Assembly: GCA_014729085.1 (NCBI GenBank)
Contig: WJKM01000016.1
Span: 36,598-100,597 of the forward strand
Source: Candidatus Dojkabacteria bacterium
Lineage (GTDB): Bacteria; Patescibacteriota; Dojkabacteria; B142; WJKM01
DNA: 64,000 nt
Reading direction: 5' to 3'
Part shown: positions 10,037-19,666 of the stretch, in pieces
How positions within the stretch are numbered: position 1 is the stretch's first letter
Layout: every line of letters starts with the position of its first letter
Program-made: the position numbers and the translations under genes
The notes under the pieces: generated by a model
What the model was told of the DNA's origin: nothing
The model's input: the letters and a program-made list of their open reading frames with translations, nothing else
Database searches by the model: none

Positions 10037-10053
10037 ATACCCCTGGGGGGTGT
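10037..10053. promoter_or_regulatory. CsoR-type operator-like palindrome ATACCCCTGGGGGGTGT upstream of the csoR-trxA-trxB string
   Basis: A GC-rich TACCCC-N-GGGGGGT inverted repeat sits in an AT-rich intergenic region about 95 bp upstream of the csoR start. It resembles known CsoR operators of the TACCC...GGGTA type. Confidence 0.4.
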
Positions 10054-10057
10054 CAAG

Positions 10058-10960
10058 TTAGTTTATTGTATCGCTATATACTGGTAAAAAATCAAATGTA
10101 TTAGTGAAAGTTTGATTTCCTTTGAAAATTTCGTTAATTTGTTCAGTATGCCAAATGAGAGTTTTTTCATATTGCCTCCATTCTTCCTTGCAATAAGTTA
10201 AGTTCGATTTATCGGCTTTACTTTCTAGCCGAAAAGCACAGTATTTATTCTGTTCAAAGTCTAAAGATTCAACAGTAAAAGGAAAAATAACTACATTACT
10301 ATCCTCAACAATATCAAAATTTACACTATTAATATCCGAATCCAAAGTCGCTATACAATATATGTTTTCTACCTGACCAAATTGGTCACGAGCATTTTTA
10401 TAGTTGTCTCTAAGCTGTAAACTGAAAATTTCATTTTTGCCTTCGAGAATAAAATATGTACGATGGAGGTACTCTCTGAGAATTAAAATAAATTTATAGC
10501 TGGATTTAATTTGATAATTTTTATCTAACAAACTAAGTTTACTTACTGAAAACTGCAGAATATCAGGTGGGAGTTTGAAAGAAAAGAAACCATCGGGGTT
10601 TGTTTCTGCTGTTAATAGGTTGTTACCAATTTCCAATTCAACAACGGAATTCGGAATAGACGTTCCTTCAAGATATTCGCGGTTTATATTGTCAAAAAAA
10701 ATGTATTGATTGGTTTGAATACCTGAGGATATTGATATTTGTTTTTCGTTCAGAGGTTCGTCTGCTTCGAAAAGAATGCGAGGTTTTTCTTCTTCGTCCT
10801 GGATTCCTAAAATTTTATTCTGATTATTGGTATCATTGGGTTTGCGAAACAGAACAAATTCAATAAATGCAAAATAAATTAGAAGTACAATTACAAATGA
10901 AATGATGATTGTAGCTAGATTTTCTGCTATTTTCTTGTTTTTTGGTTTGGAGTCCTCCAT
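10058..10960 (-). CDS. hypothetical membrane-anchored protein
   Basis: The 300-aa product has an N-terminal TM segment and I recognise no family. Confidence 0.45.
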   Translation of the reverse strand: MEDSKPKNKKIAENLATIIISFVIVLLIYFAFIEFVLFRKPNDTNNQNKILGIQDEEEKPRILFEADEPLNEKQISISSGIQTNQYIFFDNINREYLEGTSIPNSVVELEIGNNLLTAETNPDGFFSFKLPPDILQFSVSKLSLLDKNYQIKSSYKFILILREYLHRTYFILEGKNEIFSLQLRDNYKNARDQFGQVENIYCIATLDSDINSVNFDIVEDSNVVIFPFTVESLDFEQNKYCAFRLESKADKSNLTYCKEEWRQYEKTLIWHTEQINEIFKGNQTFTNTFDFLPVYSDTIN

Positions 10961-10967
10961 TATATTT

Positions 10968-11477
10968 CTAACTGATTATTTCATAAAGTAATACTGCACA
11001 AGAGGTTGTAACATTAAGGCTGGCTCCCTTGCCATACATTGGAATATAAACAGCTTTTTCCAATTTGGAGAGAGTTGTTTTTACTATACCGTACGTTTCA
11101 TTCCCAATTACTATACATGTTTTGTTTGGATAATCTAAATTTCGGTAGTTTTGAGATTCATCAGTTAGTTCAAGGCCGATTATTTGATAACCTTTCCGTT
11201 TGAGTTTGTTTATTGGTTTTCCTGAATGTTTGGAGTATTCCCAGTGCACTGATTTTTCTTTATTTCTCGAAACTTTGCGAAGTCCTTTCCCAAAAGGAGG
11301 TTTTCTAGATATACCCGTTAAAATTATTTTTTGTACTTTAACGGCATCTGCGATTCGGAAAAGACTAGCTACATTTTTTGCATATTGTACATTTTCAGCA
11401 ATAATAACTATATTTTTATTATGTTTTGATGTTTTTTTCTTAAAACGTTTTATTTCAGTTTTTGTAAGTTGTTTCAT
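10968..11477 (-). CDS. SpoU/TrmH-family RNA 2'-O-methyltransferase (SPOUT)
   Basis: It contains IVIGNETYG and YIPMYGKGASLNV motifs. The length is 169 aa. Confidence 0.65.
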   Translation of the reverse strand: MKQLTKTEIKRFKKKTSKHNKNIVIIAENVQYAKNVASLFRIADAVKVQKIILTGISRKPPFGKGLRKVSRNKEKSVHWEYSKHSGKPINKLKRKGYQIIGLELTDESQNYRNLDYPNKTCIVIGNETYGIVKTTLSKLEKAVYIPMYGKGASLNVTTSCAVLLYEIIS

Positions 11478-11578
11478 ATAAGTGAAAAAAGTGAGAAAAA
11501 CTATAAATTATCTTAACACAATGAACTTGATCTATTATATTATATTGGTACCAAGAAATTAATTATAAATTTATATTA

Positions 11579-13135
11579 ATGGGTTTTATTGCTACTCCGA
11601 AAACCTTAATACTATTAATACTTGACGGATTAGGTATAGCTCCTCCAAGTAGTGGAAATGCCATTGTTCAAGCAAGAACACCAAATTTAGATATGATTTT
11701 TACTAAATATCCTTATACTGAACTGAAAGCTTCTGGCAAAGCGGTGGGCTTAGATGAAGGTATTCCAGGAAATGGGAAGGTGGGACATATTACAATTGGA
11801 GCTGGGAAAGTAATACGACCAATTGAAGAAAGAATTAAGAATTCAATTGATTCAGGAACATTTTATAAAAACAAGTATTTGATTAATGCTTTTGAAAATG
11901 CTGATGAAAATTCATCAAATGTCCATATTATTACCTACATTGGTGATAATAATATGTATTCTTCTTTAGAGCATTTGGAAGCTTTGCTTAAGCTAGCTCA
12001 AAAACAAAATTTTAATGGAAATAGAATTTTTATACATGCCATATTAGAGGAGAGTAAAGAAGAAATTGAGAGAAATATTCAAAGTCTCCAGGAATTAGAT
12101 AAAATAACTAGCAAATTGCATATAGGTCATCTCAGTACAATTATAGGTAGATCTTTTGCGATGGATGAAGAGGAGGATTTTGGAAATAATCTTAAGGCAT
12201 ACAATTTGTATACTCAAGGAGTGGGGGAGAAAGTAGAGAATTGGAGAGAACTTGTAAAAATTTATAAACAAAAAAAAGAAACTGCCGAAAAATCCCAAAT
12301 CGGTCCATATTTAATTGAAAATTATGATGATATATTCCCAACCATTTCCAGGAATGATTCATTAATATTTTTAAATCATAGGGCTGAAGGTCTAGATAAA
12401 TTAGCGAAATTATTTTTAGATAAAGAATTAGAGAAACCTAAGAGAGTACTTATAAAAAAATTATTTGCAGTCAGCTTGGTAGATTATAAGTGTGATTGCC
12501 TTCCTAATATAGCCTTTCCAAATGAAAATATTATTTCTAATTTGTTCAAACAGGTTTCGGATAGACGTCTTCCTCAGCTGAAAATAGCAGAAAGTGAACG
12601 TTTTATACATATCACTCAATATCTGAATGGAAATAATAATGAGATATATCCAGGAGAAGATAGGATAGAAATCAAATCCAAGAGAAATAAGAAAGACTAT
12701 AAAAATGAATACAAGTTTTATGTAGATAAACTTGAATCGGTATTAGAAAAAAAAATAGATAAAGATTATTACAACCTAATTACTGTTAATATTGCAAATA
12801 TTGACTTAGCTGCTCATACCGGGGATTTTAATAATTGTGTAAAAGCTGTAGAGTATATAGATGAGATTACTGGGAAAATAGTAAATAAAGTACTTGAAAA
12901 GAATTATGCTTTATTAATTTCATCGAGCCATGGCAATGCAGAGCAACTTGTTGAAACCGACGGCGATATAAATACAAGACATACTAATAACCCTGTTCCT
13001 TTTGTATACATTCGAAAGTTTATTGAATCTAAAAAATTGGATATTGGAACACTTGCTGATATTGCTCCAACTGTTCTTGCAATAATGGGTCTTGAAAAAC
13101 CTGCAGAAATGTTTGGTAAGAATTTATTAAAATAG
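11579..13135 (+). CDS. gpmI: 2,3-bisphosphoglycerate-independent phosphoglycerate mutase
   Basis: The N-terminus reads LILDGLG and the protein has the iPGM architecture. The length is 518 aa. Confidence 0.8.
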   Translation: MGFIATPKTLILLILDGLGIAPPSSGNAIVQARTPNLDMIFTKYPYTELKASGKAVGLDEGIPGNGKVGHITIGAGKVIRPIEERIKNSIDSGTFYKNKYLINAFENADENSSNVHIITYIGDNNMYSSLEHLEALLKLAQKQNFNGNRIFIHAILEESKEEIERNIQSLQELDKITSKLHIGHLSTIIGRSFAMDEEEDFGNNLKAYNLYTQGVGEKVENWRELVKIYKQKKETAEKSQIGPYLIENYDDIFPTISRNDSLIFLNHRAEGLDKLAKLFLDKELEKPKRVLIKKLFAVSLVDYKCDCLPNIAFPNENIISNLFKQVSDRRLPQLKIAESERFIHITQYLNGNNNEIYPGEDRIEIKSKRNKKDYKNEYKFYVDKLESVLEKKIDKDYYNLITVNIANIDLAAHTGDFNNCVKAVEYIDEITGKIVNKVLEKNYALLISSSHGNAEQLVETDGDINTRHTNNPVPFVYIRKFIESKKLDIGTLADIAPTVLAIMGLEKPAEMFGKNLLK

Positions 13136-13193
13136 AAATTTTCTTGAAAAATTTGAAGAATCAGATTATTCTATTATTAATAATTCTTATTTA

Positions 13194-13823
13194 TTGTGTA
13201 TGAAACTTATTACGAAAATCCTGAATCTTTTATCCAACTCTGTTTTAGTCTTGATTCTCTTTGGAATAGTCACTGTTCCCGCAGTCACTTTATATGCATT
13301 ATCCCCCAGATCTTACGAGTCGGTTGTAAGGGAAGAACAAGAAAAAGTATTGGGAATGAGTGATTCAAAAACAAATGAGGCTGAGCAGGTCAACTTTGAA
13401 GAAACATATAACCACTTAGATTATCCTGAAGATAATGATGTTTTTTATGCTGACATTGCTCCGGAGATAAAAGGTGTTTTAATTAGAGGTTTTAAAGGAA
13501 AACAGGGGTATTTGGGAAAGGTTGAGGTGTCTAAACTTGGGTACCAAGAAATAGATTTTGATTTGGTAAGAATTGTGAATAATCAATATAAAGGGCAAAA
13601 TTTCATACTGGTTTTGAAAATAAATCCAAGGTATAAAGATTTTTTGAACATTAAATCTATATCCAATGACTTGGCTGTTAATACCCAATTTAATGATGAT
13701 GGTGTTGCAGTTACCGAATTTTTTATTCAGCCTCTTACTCCAATGAATTTGGGTTTGGAAATTCAAAGCGGAAAAATTTTAGATAATTTGGAAATTGAAA
13801 TAGAGGTGAGAGAGGTAGTCTGA
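13194..13823 (+). CDS. hypothetical protein with an N-terminal TM segment
   Basis: It is a 209-aa ORF and I recognise no family. Confidence 0.45.
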   Translation: MCMKLITKILNLLSNSVLVLILFGIVTVPAVTLYALSPRSYESVVREEQEKVLGMSDSKTNEAEQVNFEETYNHLDYPEDNDVFYADIAPEIKGVLIRGFKGKQGYLGKVEVSKLGYQEIDFDLVRIVNNQYKGQNFILVLKINPRYKDFLNIKSISNDLAVNTQFNDDGVAVTEFFIQPLTPMNLGLEIQSGKILDNLEIEIEVREVV

Positions 13824-13835
13824 TGCATATGCTTT

Positions 13836-14543
13836 TCAAGTACTTAATCTAAGAATAGGAAATTCTTTGCTGAGATAACAAAAGGGGTATTGAGTCCTTT
13901 GGCGAGCAATATGAGGAGGAAGACTATCAACTTCGAGTCTCCTAACAAGTGGATGAGTTGCAAATCTTTCCGCTAACATGTCTCTTCTCTTGGTTGGTTC
14001 CATAATTTCCAGTGTGGCTCCGGGCCTCATTACTCTTAAAGCATTCCCAATTATATTTACATGTATTCCCATATCAGTAGTAGTAGGTATAAATTGAAAA
14101 TCCGGTTTTCCCCTTAATTCGCCGGCTAATGTACTCATTTGAATCGTGTGTACTGGTAAACTTTGTTCGGGCATCTGAGTAAAGATTACAGAGGCATCTC
14201 CTGCGATTATAGATGCGGATTTTCCAGGTGGAAAGGATATGGGTTGTATCATATAAGGGTAATCAAGTGTAGCATGGTCCATAACATCTCTTAGTGTATG
14301 AGTTAGTATTAGATGAGTATCTACTCCGTTATTTAAGCTATAGCAAGCATTATGTAATCCACCTCCAATATCTAAAGTCGCCTGTCCCCCATTAACTCCA
14401 GATAGCCACTGTTCAGGGGTAAGTGCAACTGGCCAGCCTGCATGTTTAAGTTGTTCATGAGCTTTTTGTTCATAGTCTTGTTTAAGTAAGGCTGTAAACC
14501 GGTCTTCGGTTTCTTGACCAATACGCTGAGATACAGATTCCAT
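13836..14543 (-). CDS. class I SAM-dependent methyltransferase, compositionally atypical (a horizontal-transfer candidate)
   Basis: LDIGGG is motif I. The GC content and amino-acid usage (A/R/Q/H-rich, K-poor) are noticeably higher than in the neighbouring genes. Confidence 0.55.
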   Translation of the reverse strand: MESVSQRIGQETEDRFTALLKQDYEQKAHEQLKHAGWPVALTPEQWLSGVNGGQATLDIGGGLHNACYSLNNGVDTHLILTHTLRDVMDHATLDYPYMIQPISFPPGKSASIIAGDASVIFTQMPEQSLPVHTIQMSTLAGELRGKPDFQFIPTTTDMGIHVNIIGNALRVMRPGATLEIMEPTKRRDMLAERFATHPLVRRLEVDSLPPHIARQRTQYPFCYLSKEFPILRLST

Positions 14544-14729
14544 ACTAAAGTCTATAATATAATTATCCTATATAAATAAATTATATCATCTACATGAGGG
14601 TTTTGGAAATTCACACTACTATTTAATAATCTCAACACAGTATATATTTAATATTGTGAGAGAAGACAATTATAATCTACAACATAAAATATTGTCCATA
14701 ACTTCGAGTATAAAATTTGGATGGTGAAT

Positions 14730-16640
14730 TTAATCAATTTTAAGAGCTCCCATAAACGCCTCCTTAGGGATCTCGACATTACCAAATGTTTTTAAACGTT
14801 TTTTTCCTTTCTTTTGTTTCTCAAGTAATTTTTTCTTTCTGGTAACATCTCCTCCATAAAGTTTGGCTGTTACATCTTTTCTAAATGCGGGTATTGTTTC
14901 CCGGGCAATGACTTTCCCTCCGATTGCAGCCTGCAGTGCGACTTTAAATTGTTGTCTTGGAATAAGTTCTTTTAATTTTTCGACCATGGCTCTTCCTCTT
15001 GTCTCTGCATTTTCTCTATGAGTAAGGAATGAGAGTCCTTCTGCTGTTTCATAATTAACAAGTATTTTTACTTTAATTATGTCTGATTCACGGTATTCAA
15101 TGAATTCATAATCCATGGAAGCGTAACCTTGGCTTATTGATTTTAAATTATCAAAGAATGTGGTGATTATTTCTGCCGTTGGAATTTCGTATTTAAGTAG
15201 GACATGCTTTCTTTTACCCATAATCTCTGATGTAGAAAGATACTCCATTTTTTTGTAAACTCCCCTATGAGCCTGTGCAAGTTCCATTAGTCCACCAATG
15301 TAGTCTTCGGGTGTTAGAATCTCAAGACTAACCCAGGGTTCTTCTACTTTTTCGATAAGTGTTTGGTCTGGAAATTCTCCAGCACTTCGAATGTCAAAAG
15401 AACCATCGTTATTCTTATGGGCAACATTTAGATTAGGCACTTTGGACATGTCCTCTGTGGTAAGCCAAACGCGGTAGTCAACGGTTGGAGAGGTGGAAAT
15501 AAGATTCAAGTCAAATTCTCTATCGAGTCTTTCTGTGGTAATTTCTAGATGTAGGAGACCTAAAAAGCCGCAGTTGTAGCCAGATCCCAGAGCAACTGAG
15601 TTTTCTCTGTTGTATGTTAGAGCTGCATCGTTTAGGGCTAATTTTTCAAGAGCTTCTGAGAATTCTTTGAAATCATCTGCATCAACTGGAAACAATGTCG
15701 CATAAACCATTGGTTTTGGTGATTGGTACCCAGGCAGAGGTTCGATATTTTTCTCTTTGTATTCATAAGTCGTAAGAGTATCACCGACATGTAGAAGTTT
15801 AATATTTTTAAGACCTGTTGCAATATAGCCTACTTCACCTTTTTTTAAGTTTTCCTGTTTTACGAGTTTTGGCGTAATATAACCAATTTCAATAGGCTCA
15901 ACTTCTGTTTGATTGTTTATGCTAATCAATTTTTGGTTTTTTCGTATTTCCCCGTCTACAAGTTTTACAAGTACAACAACGCCTTTATGTTCATTGTAAA
16001 ATGAATCGTAAATTAGCAGACGTGGTTCTTCTTCAATTTTTTCAGTATTAATTTCTGGTGAGGGGCATCTTTCAATAATTGCATTAAGAAGATTTTCAAC
16101 TCCTTCTCCTGTTTTGCCAGATGTTAAGATTATGTCATTTTCATTGAATCCAAAAGTATCTATCAATTCCATTTTCGCCGAATCAACTTCCGCTGAAGGC
16201 AGGTCAATTTTATTGACTACTGGTATTATTTCGAGATCATATTCCAAGGCTTTGTAAACTGTAGAGAAAGTTTGAGCTTGAATACCTTGGGTTGCATCTA
16301 CAAGAAGTATTGCACCTTCACTTGCTGCTAAAGATCTGGATACTTCATAAGAAAAATCTACATGGCCAGGAGTATCAATCAGGTTTAATATATACTTTTT
16401 TTCTGAGTTGTATTTTTCTTTGTTTCCAGTATACTCAAATTTCATCCGAGCAGTTTGTAGTTTGATTGTAATACCTCTTTCTTGTTCCAGTTCCAATGTG
16501 TCTAATACTCTATCCTTCATATTTCGTTTTTCTACGGCTCCTGTAGCTTCTAATAGTCTGTCTGCAAGAGTAGATTTACCATGATCAATATGGGCAATAA
16601 TTGAGAAATTTCTTATTTTTTTTAAGTATTTAGTATTCAT
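14730..16640 (-). CDS. lepA: elongation factor 4 (LepA)
   Basis: The G domain reads AHIDHGKSTLADRLL, followed by DTPGHVDF. The EF4 C-terminal region is conserved and the length is 636 aa. Confidence 0.9.
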   Translation of the reverse strand: MNTKYLKKIRNFSIIAHIDHGKSTLADRLLEATGAVEKRNMKDRVLDTLELEQERGITIKLQTARMKFEYTGNKEKYNSEKKYILNLIDTPGHVDFSYEVSRSLAASEGAILLVDATQGIQAQTFSTVYKALEYDLEIIPVVNKIDLPSAEVDSAKMELIDTFGFNENDIILTSGKTGEGVENLLNAIIERCPSPEINTEKIEEEPRLLIYDSFYNEHKGVVVLVKLVDGEIRKNQKLISINNQTEVEPIEIGYITPKLVKQENLKKGEVGYIATGLKNIKLLHVGDTLTTYEYKEKNIEPLPGYQSPKPMVYATLFPVDADDFKEFSEALEKLALNDAALTYNRENSVALGSGYNCGFLGLLHLEITTERLDREFDLNLISTSPTVDYRVWLTTEDMSKVPNLNVAHKNNDGSFDIRSAGEFPDQTLIEKVEEPWVSLEILTPEDYIGGLMELAQAHRGVYKKMEYLSTSEIMGKRKHVLLKYEIPTAEIITTFFDNLKSISQGYASMDYEFIEYRESDIIKVKILVNYETAEGLSFLTHRENAETRGRAMVEKLKELIPRQQFKVALQAAIGGKVIARETIPAFRKDVTAKLYGGDVTRKKKLLEKQKKGKKRLKTFGNVEIPKEAFMGALKID

Positions 16641-16773
16641 TTCGTATTAACTGATTTTTTTACAAATTTATGTATAGAATAATTTTAATTCAACTAAAAC
16701 AAAAAAATTTTCTATGGTACTATAAGAAGGATTAGGAAAATTTATTAATATTAATTATTCTAATAGTATTATA

Positions 16774-16795
16774 CATGATGCACTAAATGTAAAAA
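16774..16795. promoter_or_regulatory. conserved upstream element CATGATGCACTAAATGTAAAAA, shared with a second copy at 17304..17325
   Basis: Near-identical motifs lie about 60-70 bp upstream of each of the two tandem receiver genes. Confidence 0.4.
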
Positions 16796-16835
16796 TTGTA
16801 TAAAATAAAATTTGTTTATTTTTTAAGAATATCAA

Positions 16836-17222
16836 ATGGTTGAAACTAAGAAAATCTTGAAAATAATACTTATTGAAGAGGAACGAGAGGCTAGGGATGT
16901 GTATGGACAGATATTGAAAGATGCTGGATTCAAATACGATGAAGCTTCAGATGGAGGTGAAGCTGAAGAGAAATTAAAACAGAAAAAATATGATATTGTG
17001 ATTTTAGATGTTTTCCTTCCGATGAAAGATGGTTTAGAGGTTTTACAGGATATGAAGAAAGAACCAGATAAGTTTGGAACCCCAAGAGTAATTTTATTAA
17101 CAAATGTAGAAGGGGATTTTTTTAAAAAACGAGCTTTTGAATTAGGTGCAGATATGTATTTACTTAAAAGCCTTACAGAGCCGGAAGATTTGATAGAAGC
17201 AATAAATAGCTTAAAGAATTAA
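16836..17222 (+). CDS. standalone CheY-like response-regulator receiver domain
   Basis: The 128-aa product has the Asp57-equivalent (ILDV), the Lys109-equivalent (LLKS) and a conserved T/S. It has no output domain. Confidence 0.8.
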   Translation: MVETKKILKIILIEEEREARDVYGQILKDAGFKYDEASDGGEAEEKLKQKKYDIVILDVFLPMKDGLEVLQDMKKEPDKFGTPRVILLTNVEGDFFKKRAFELGADMYLLKSLTEPEDLIEAINSLKN

Positions 17223-17303
17223 TATATATTGAATATATTAAACACTTGTGCTAAATTATAGTAAGTTGTTTTTATAGGACTGATCTTGTAAAAAAAATAT
17301 TTG

Positions 17304-17325
17304 CATGATATGCTAAATCTAAAGG
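17304..17325. promoter_or_regulatory. second copy of the conserved upstream element CATGATATGCTAAATCTAAAGG
   Basis: See the entry at 16774..16795. Confidence 0.4.
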
Positions 17326-17373
17326 TAATAAAAAATGCGAGAAGGCCTATATATAATATATTAATCTTATATA

Positions 17374-17760
17374 ATGGGTGAGAATCAAAATTTAAAAATT
17401 CTTCTGGTAGAGGATGAACAGGATGCAAGAGAAATATATGCTGATATATTGGTTAATGGTGGTTTTGATGTAGATACTGCAGTAGATGGACAACAGGCAG
17501 AGGAAGAAATGAGTCAAAAAAAGTATGATATAATCCTTCTCGACATAATTACTCCACGTAAAGACGGAATACAAACTTTAGAGGAAATAAAAAGCAATCC
17601 TCAAAAGTATGGAACACCCAAAGTTGTAATGCTTTCCAATATTGCAGGAGATATTGCAATAGATAAGGCTATGGAACTTGGTGCAGATGGATATATGCTG
17701 AAAGCAGATGTGGATCCAGAGCAGTTGGTTGCGATGGTCAAGAAGTTTTTTGAAAAATAA
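17374..17760 (+). CDS. standalone CheY-like response-regulator receiver domain (paralog of 16836..17222)
   Basis: It reads LLVEDEQDA...LLDI...YMLKA and is about 45% identical to its neighbour. Confidence 0.8.
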   Translation: MGENQNLKILLVEDEQDAREIYADILVNGGFDVDTAVDGQQAEEEMSQKKYDIILLDIITPRKDGIQTLEEIKSNPQKYGTPKVVMLSNIAGDIAIDKAMELGADGYMLKADVDPEQLVAMVKKFFEK

Positions 17761-17848
17761 ATCTATCTTTTTATTATAACTTTCCAGATTCTTTTATGTT
17801 TATTTTTCGACAAGTTATTAGTTTTATGAATTTTATTACAAACTTATT

Positions 17849-18664
17849 TTAATAGATAAGATTGGTAATTTTAGATTTAAGAGCTTCGATATCATTAGTT
17901 ATTTCCTCAAAAATTTGTGCATTCCTAATTGTAATTGCAAGTTGATCTGTAAGTAAGGATAGAACTTTTTGTTCTTCTTGAGAGAATTCTTCTCTTATTC
18001 GTTTTGCAAAAAATGTGGCTCCAATTACTTTACAGTTATATTTCATAGGTAAGACAATACCGGCTTTAAAGCCTAGTATCTTAACAACACCTGAGGCAAC
18101 GTTTATTGGTAATACCCCTTTAATAATGTCTGTAAAATCAAAACTTTGGAAATTTTTTTGTTGAGTTATAGCTTTTACTACAAAATTTTCTTTATCTGTA
18201 CTAAGAGTGGCATATAATTCAGTAACTTTTTGGGGGAAAAGTTCCAAAACTTTTGGCATGCCTGGCATATTAGAAACAGTTTTACTATATACCTTGTCTG
18301 GATTATTTTGATCAATTAGAAAAATTATACCTCCATTATAATTAGGATACATATCAAACATTATATCTACAGCTGTTTGAAGCGTAGTATTTAAATCTAA
18401 ACATTTTGACACTCTGTTGATTGCAGATATTAGTTCCTCTGGAGTCAGAATATTAAGACCTAAAAGGTTAGCGATTTGAGAGGGTTTAAGTTTAAGAGCT
18501 TTAGCAATCTTTCCCAAGGTTCTTCTTGTAGGATTAATTTTCCCTGTTTCTATTCTACTTATACTTCCTGGTGATGCATTTATCTCTAATTCAAGCTCAA
18601 ATTGGGATAATTTTGCTTTATTACGATATTGCTTTATCTTTTTTCCAAGTTTATGTTTTTTCAT
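17849..18664 (-). CDS. HTH-XRE + GAF-domain transcriptional regulator (paralog 1)
   Basis: The N-terminus reads LSQFELELEINASPGSISRIETGKINPT, a Cro/C1-type HTH. The C-terminal ~170 aa are GAF-like and end in LTDQLAITIRNAQIFEE. Confidence 0.7.
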   Translation of the reverse strand: MKKHKLGKKIKQYRNKAKLSQFELELEINASPGSISRIETGKINPTRRTLGKIAKALKLKPSQIANLLGLNILTPEELISAINRVSKCLDLNTTLQTAVDIMFDMYPNYNGGIIFLIDQNNPDKVYSKTVSNMPGMPKVLELFPQKVTELYATLSTDKENFVVKAITQQKNFQSFDFTDIIKGVLPINVASGVVKILGFKAGIVLPMKYNCKVIGATFFAKRIREEFSQEEQKVLSLLTDQLAITIRNAQIFEEITNDIEALKSKITNLIY

Positions 18665-18965
18665 CTGATTAATCTAAGAATTAAGAGTTCATATTTTGCT
18701 TATAGCATATTTTGGAAAACTGAACATTGTATTGGAATACAATGCGAAAGAATTATACTATAAGGTTTATGATTGTTTCAAAATCGAGCTAATATATACT
18801 TAGTTTTTGAGGGGGTATATAACGAAATAGAATTAATAAGAAGTTTATAATATAGGCTGAGTTTTTACTCTTCCCTTAGTGATATATATTCTACTCAAGT
18901 GTCTAGTATATTCTAATTATGAGAAGATTTATATTTACTTTTACTTAAAGAAGTTTACGCCTTTT
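18665..18965. repeat. ~300-bp intergenic repeat, copy A, containing the palindrome CATTGTATTggAATACAATG at 18725..18744
   Basis: It is about 85-90% identical to 20456..20765, and both copies lie immediately 5' of an XRE-GAF gene. Confidence 0.7.
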
Positions 18966-19644
18966 TATAGATAAGTGCTTTTTGAATTGATATTGATATT
19001 TGTTTTGTAACTAATTGTAATACCTTTTTTTCAGAAGAAAAGTCATCTTTGATTTTTTTGACATAAACTATTGCCCCGAAAGGTTTCTTGCCCGTAGCCA
19101 ATGGATATATGATATTACTTTGATCTCCTGATACTTCCTGTATTTTATCTGCGACTTTACGTGAAAATGCGGGCATTCTATATTCTCTAGTAAAATAGGT
19201 TACATAAACCCGATTTTCATTAATTGATTTTACAGTCAAATTGTTTAAATCTTTTTCAAGGGAAAGTTCAAACTTATCCAATGGCTCTTCTAGACATGCA
19301 AGTACTTTTTCCCCAATATTGCTATTTGTAAAAGCTGCAACTTTAACTATGTTGTTTTCAACTAAAAATAATGCAGAGGCAAGGTATCCCAATCGAAAGA
19401 TTAATTCATTGACTACGTTATTAAGTATAAACTTAAGGTCATTTGATAAGATGAGTTTTGTTGTAATCTTAAAGATCGATGTTAAATCCTTTAGATCGAC
19501 TCCAAAAAGCGAGGCTATATCGTAAGTGTCTAATTTTAAGGCCCTAGCTATGTTTATAATGGTTTCTTTAGTAGGATTTACTTTTCCATTCTCAATCCTG
19601 CTAATACTACCTGGAGAAGCCCCTATTTCCAGTTCGAGTTCCAT
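18955..19644 (-). CDS. HTH-XRE + GAF regulator (paralog 2) lacking a canonical start codon
   Basis: The first ATG gives MELELEIGASPGSISRIENGKVNPT. The in-frame sequence upstream (KITRINNRLNNGLSQ) aligns with the paralogs but runs into a stop without any ATG/GTG/TTG. The only possible starts are ATA or ATT codons that overlap the end of paralog 3. Confidence 0.55.
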   Translation of the reverse strand: MELELEIGASPGSISRIENGKVNPTKETIINIARALKLDTYDIASLFGVDLKDLTSIFKITTKLILSNDLKFILNNVVNELIFRLGYLASALFLVENNIVKVAAFTNSNIGEKVLACLEEPLDKFELSLEKDLNNLTVKSINENRVYVTYFTREYRMPAFSRKVADKIQEVSGDQSNIIYPLATGKKPFGAIVYVKKIKDDFSSEKKVLQLVTKQISISIQKALIYKKA

Positions 19645-19666
19645 TTGGCTTAAGCCGTTGTTGAGT

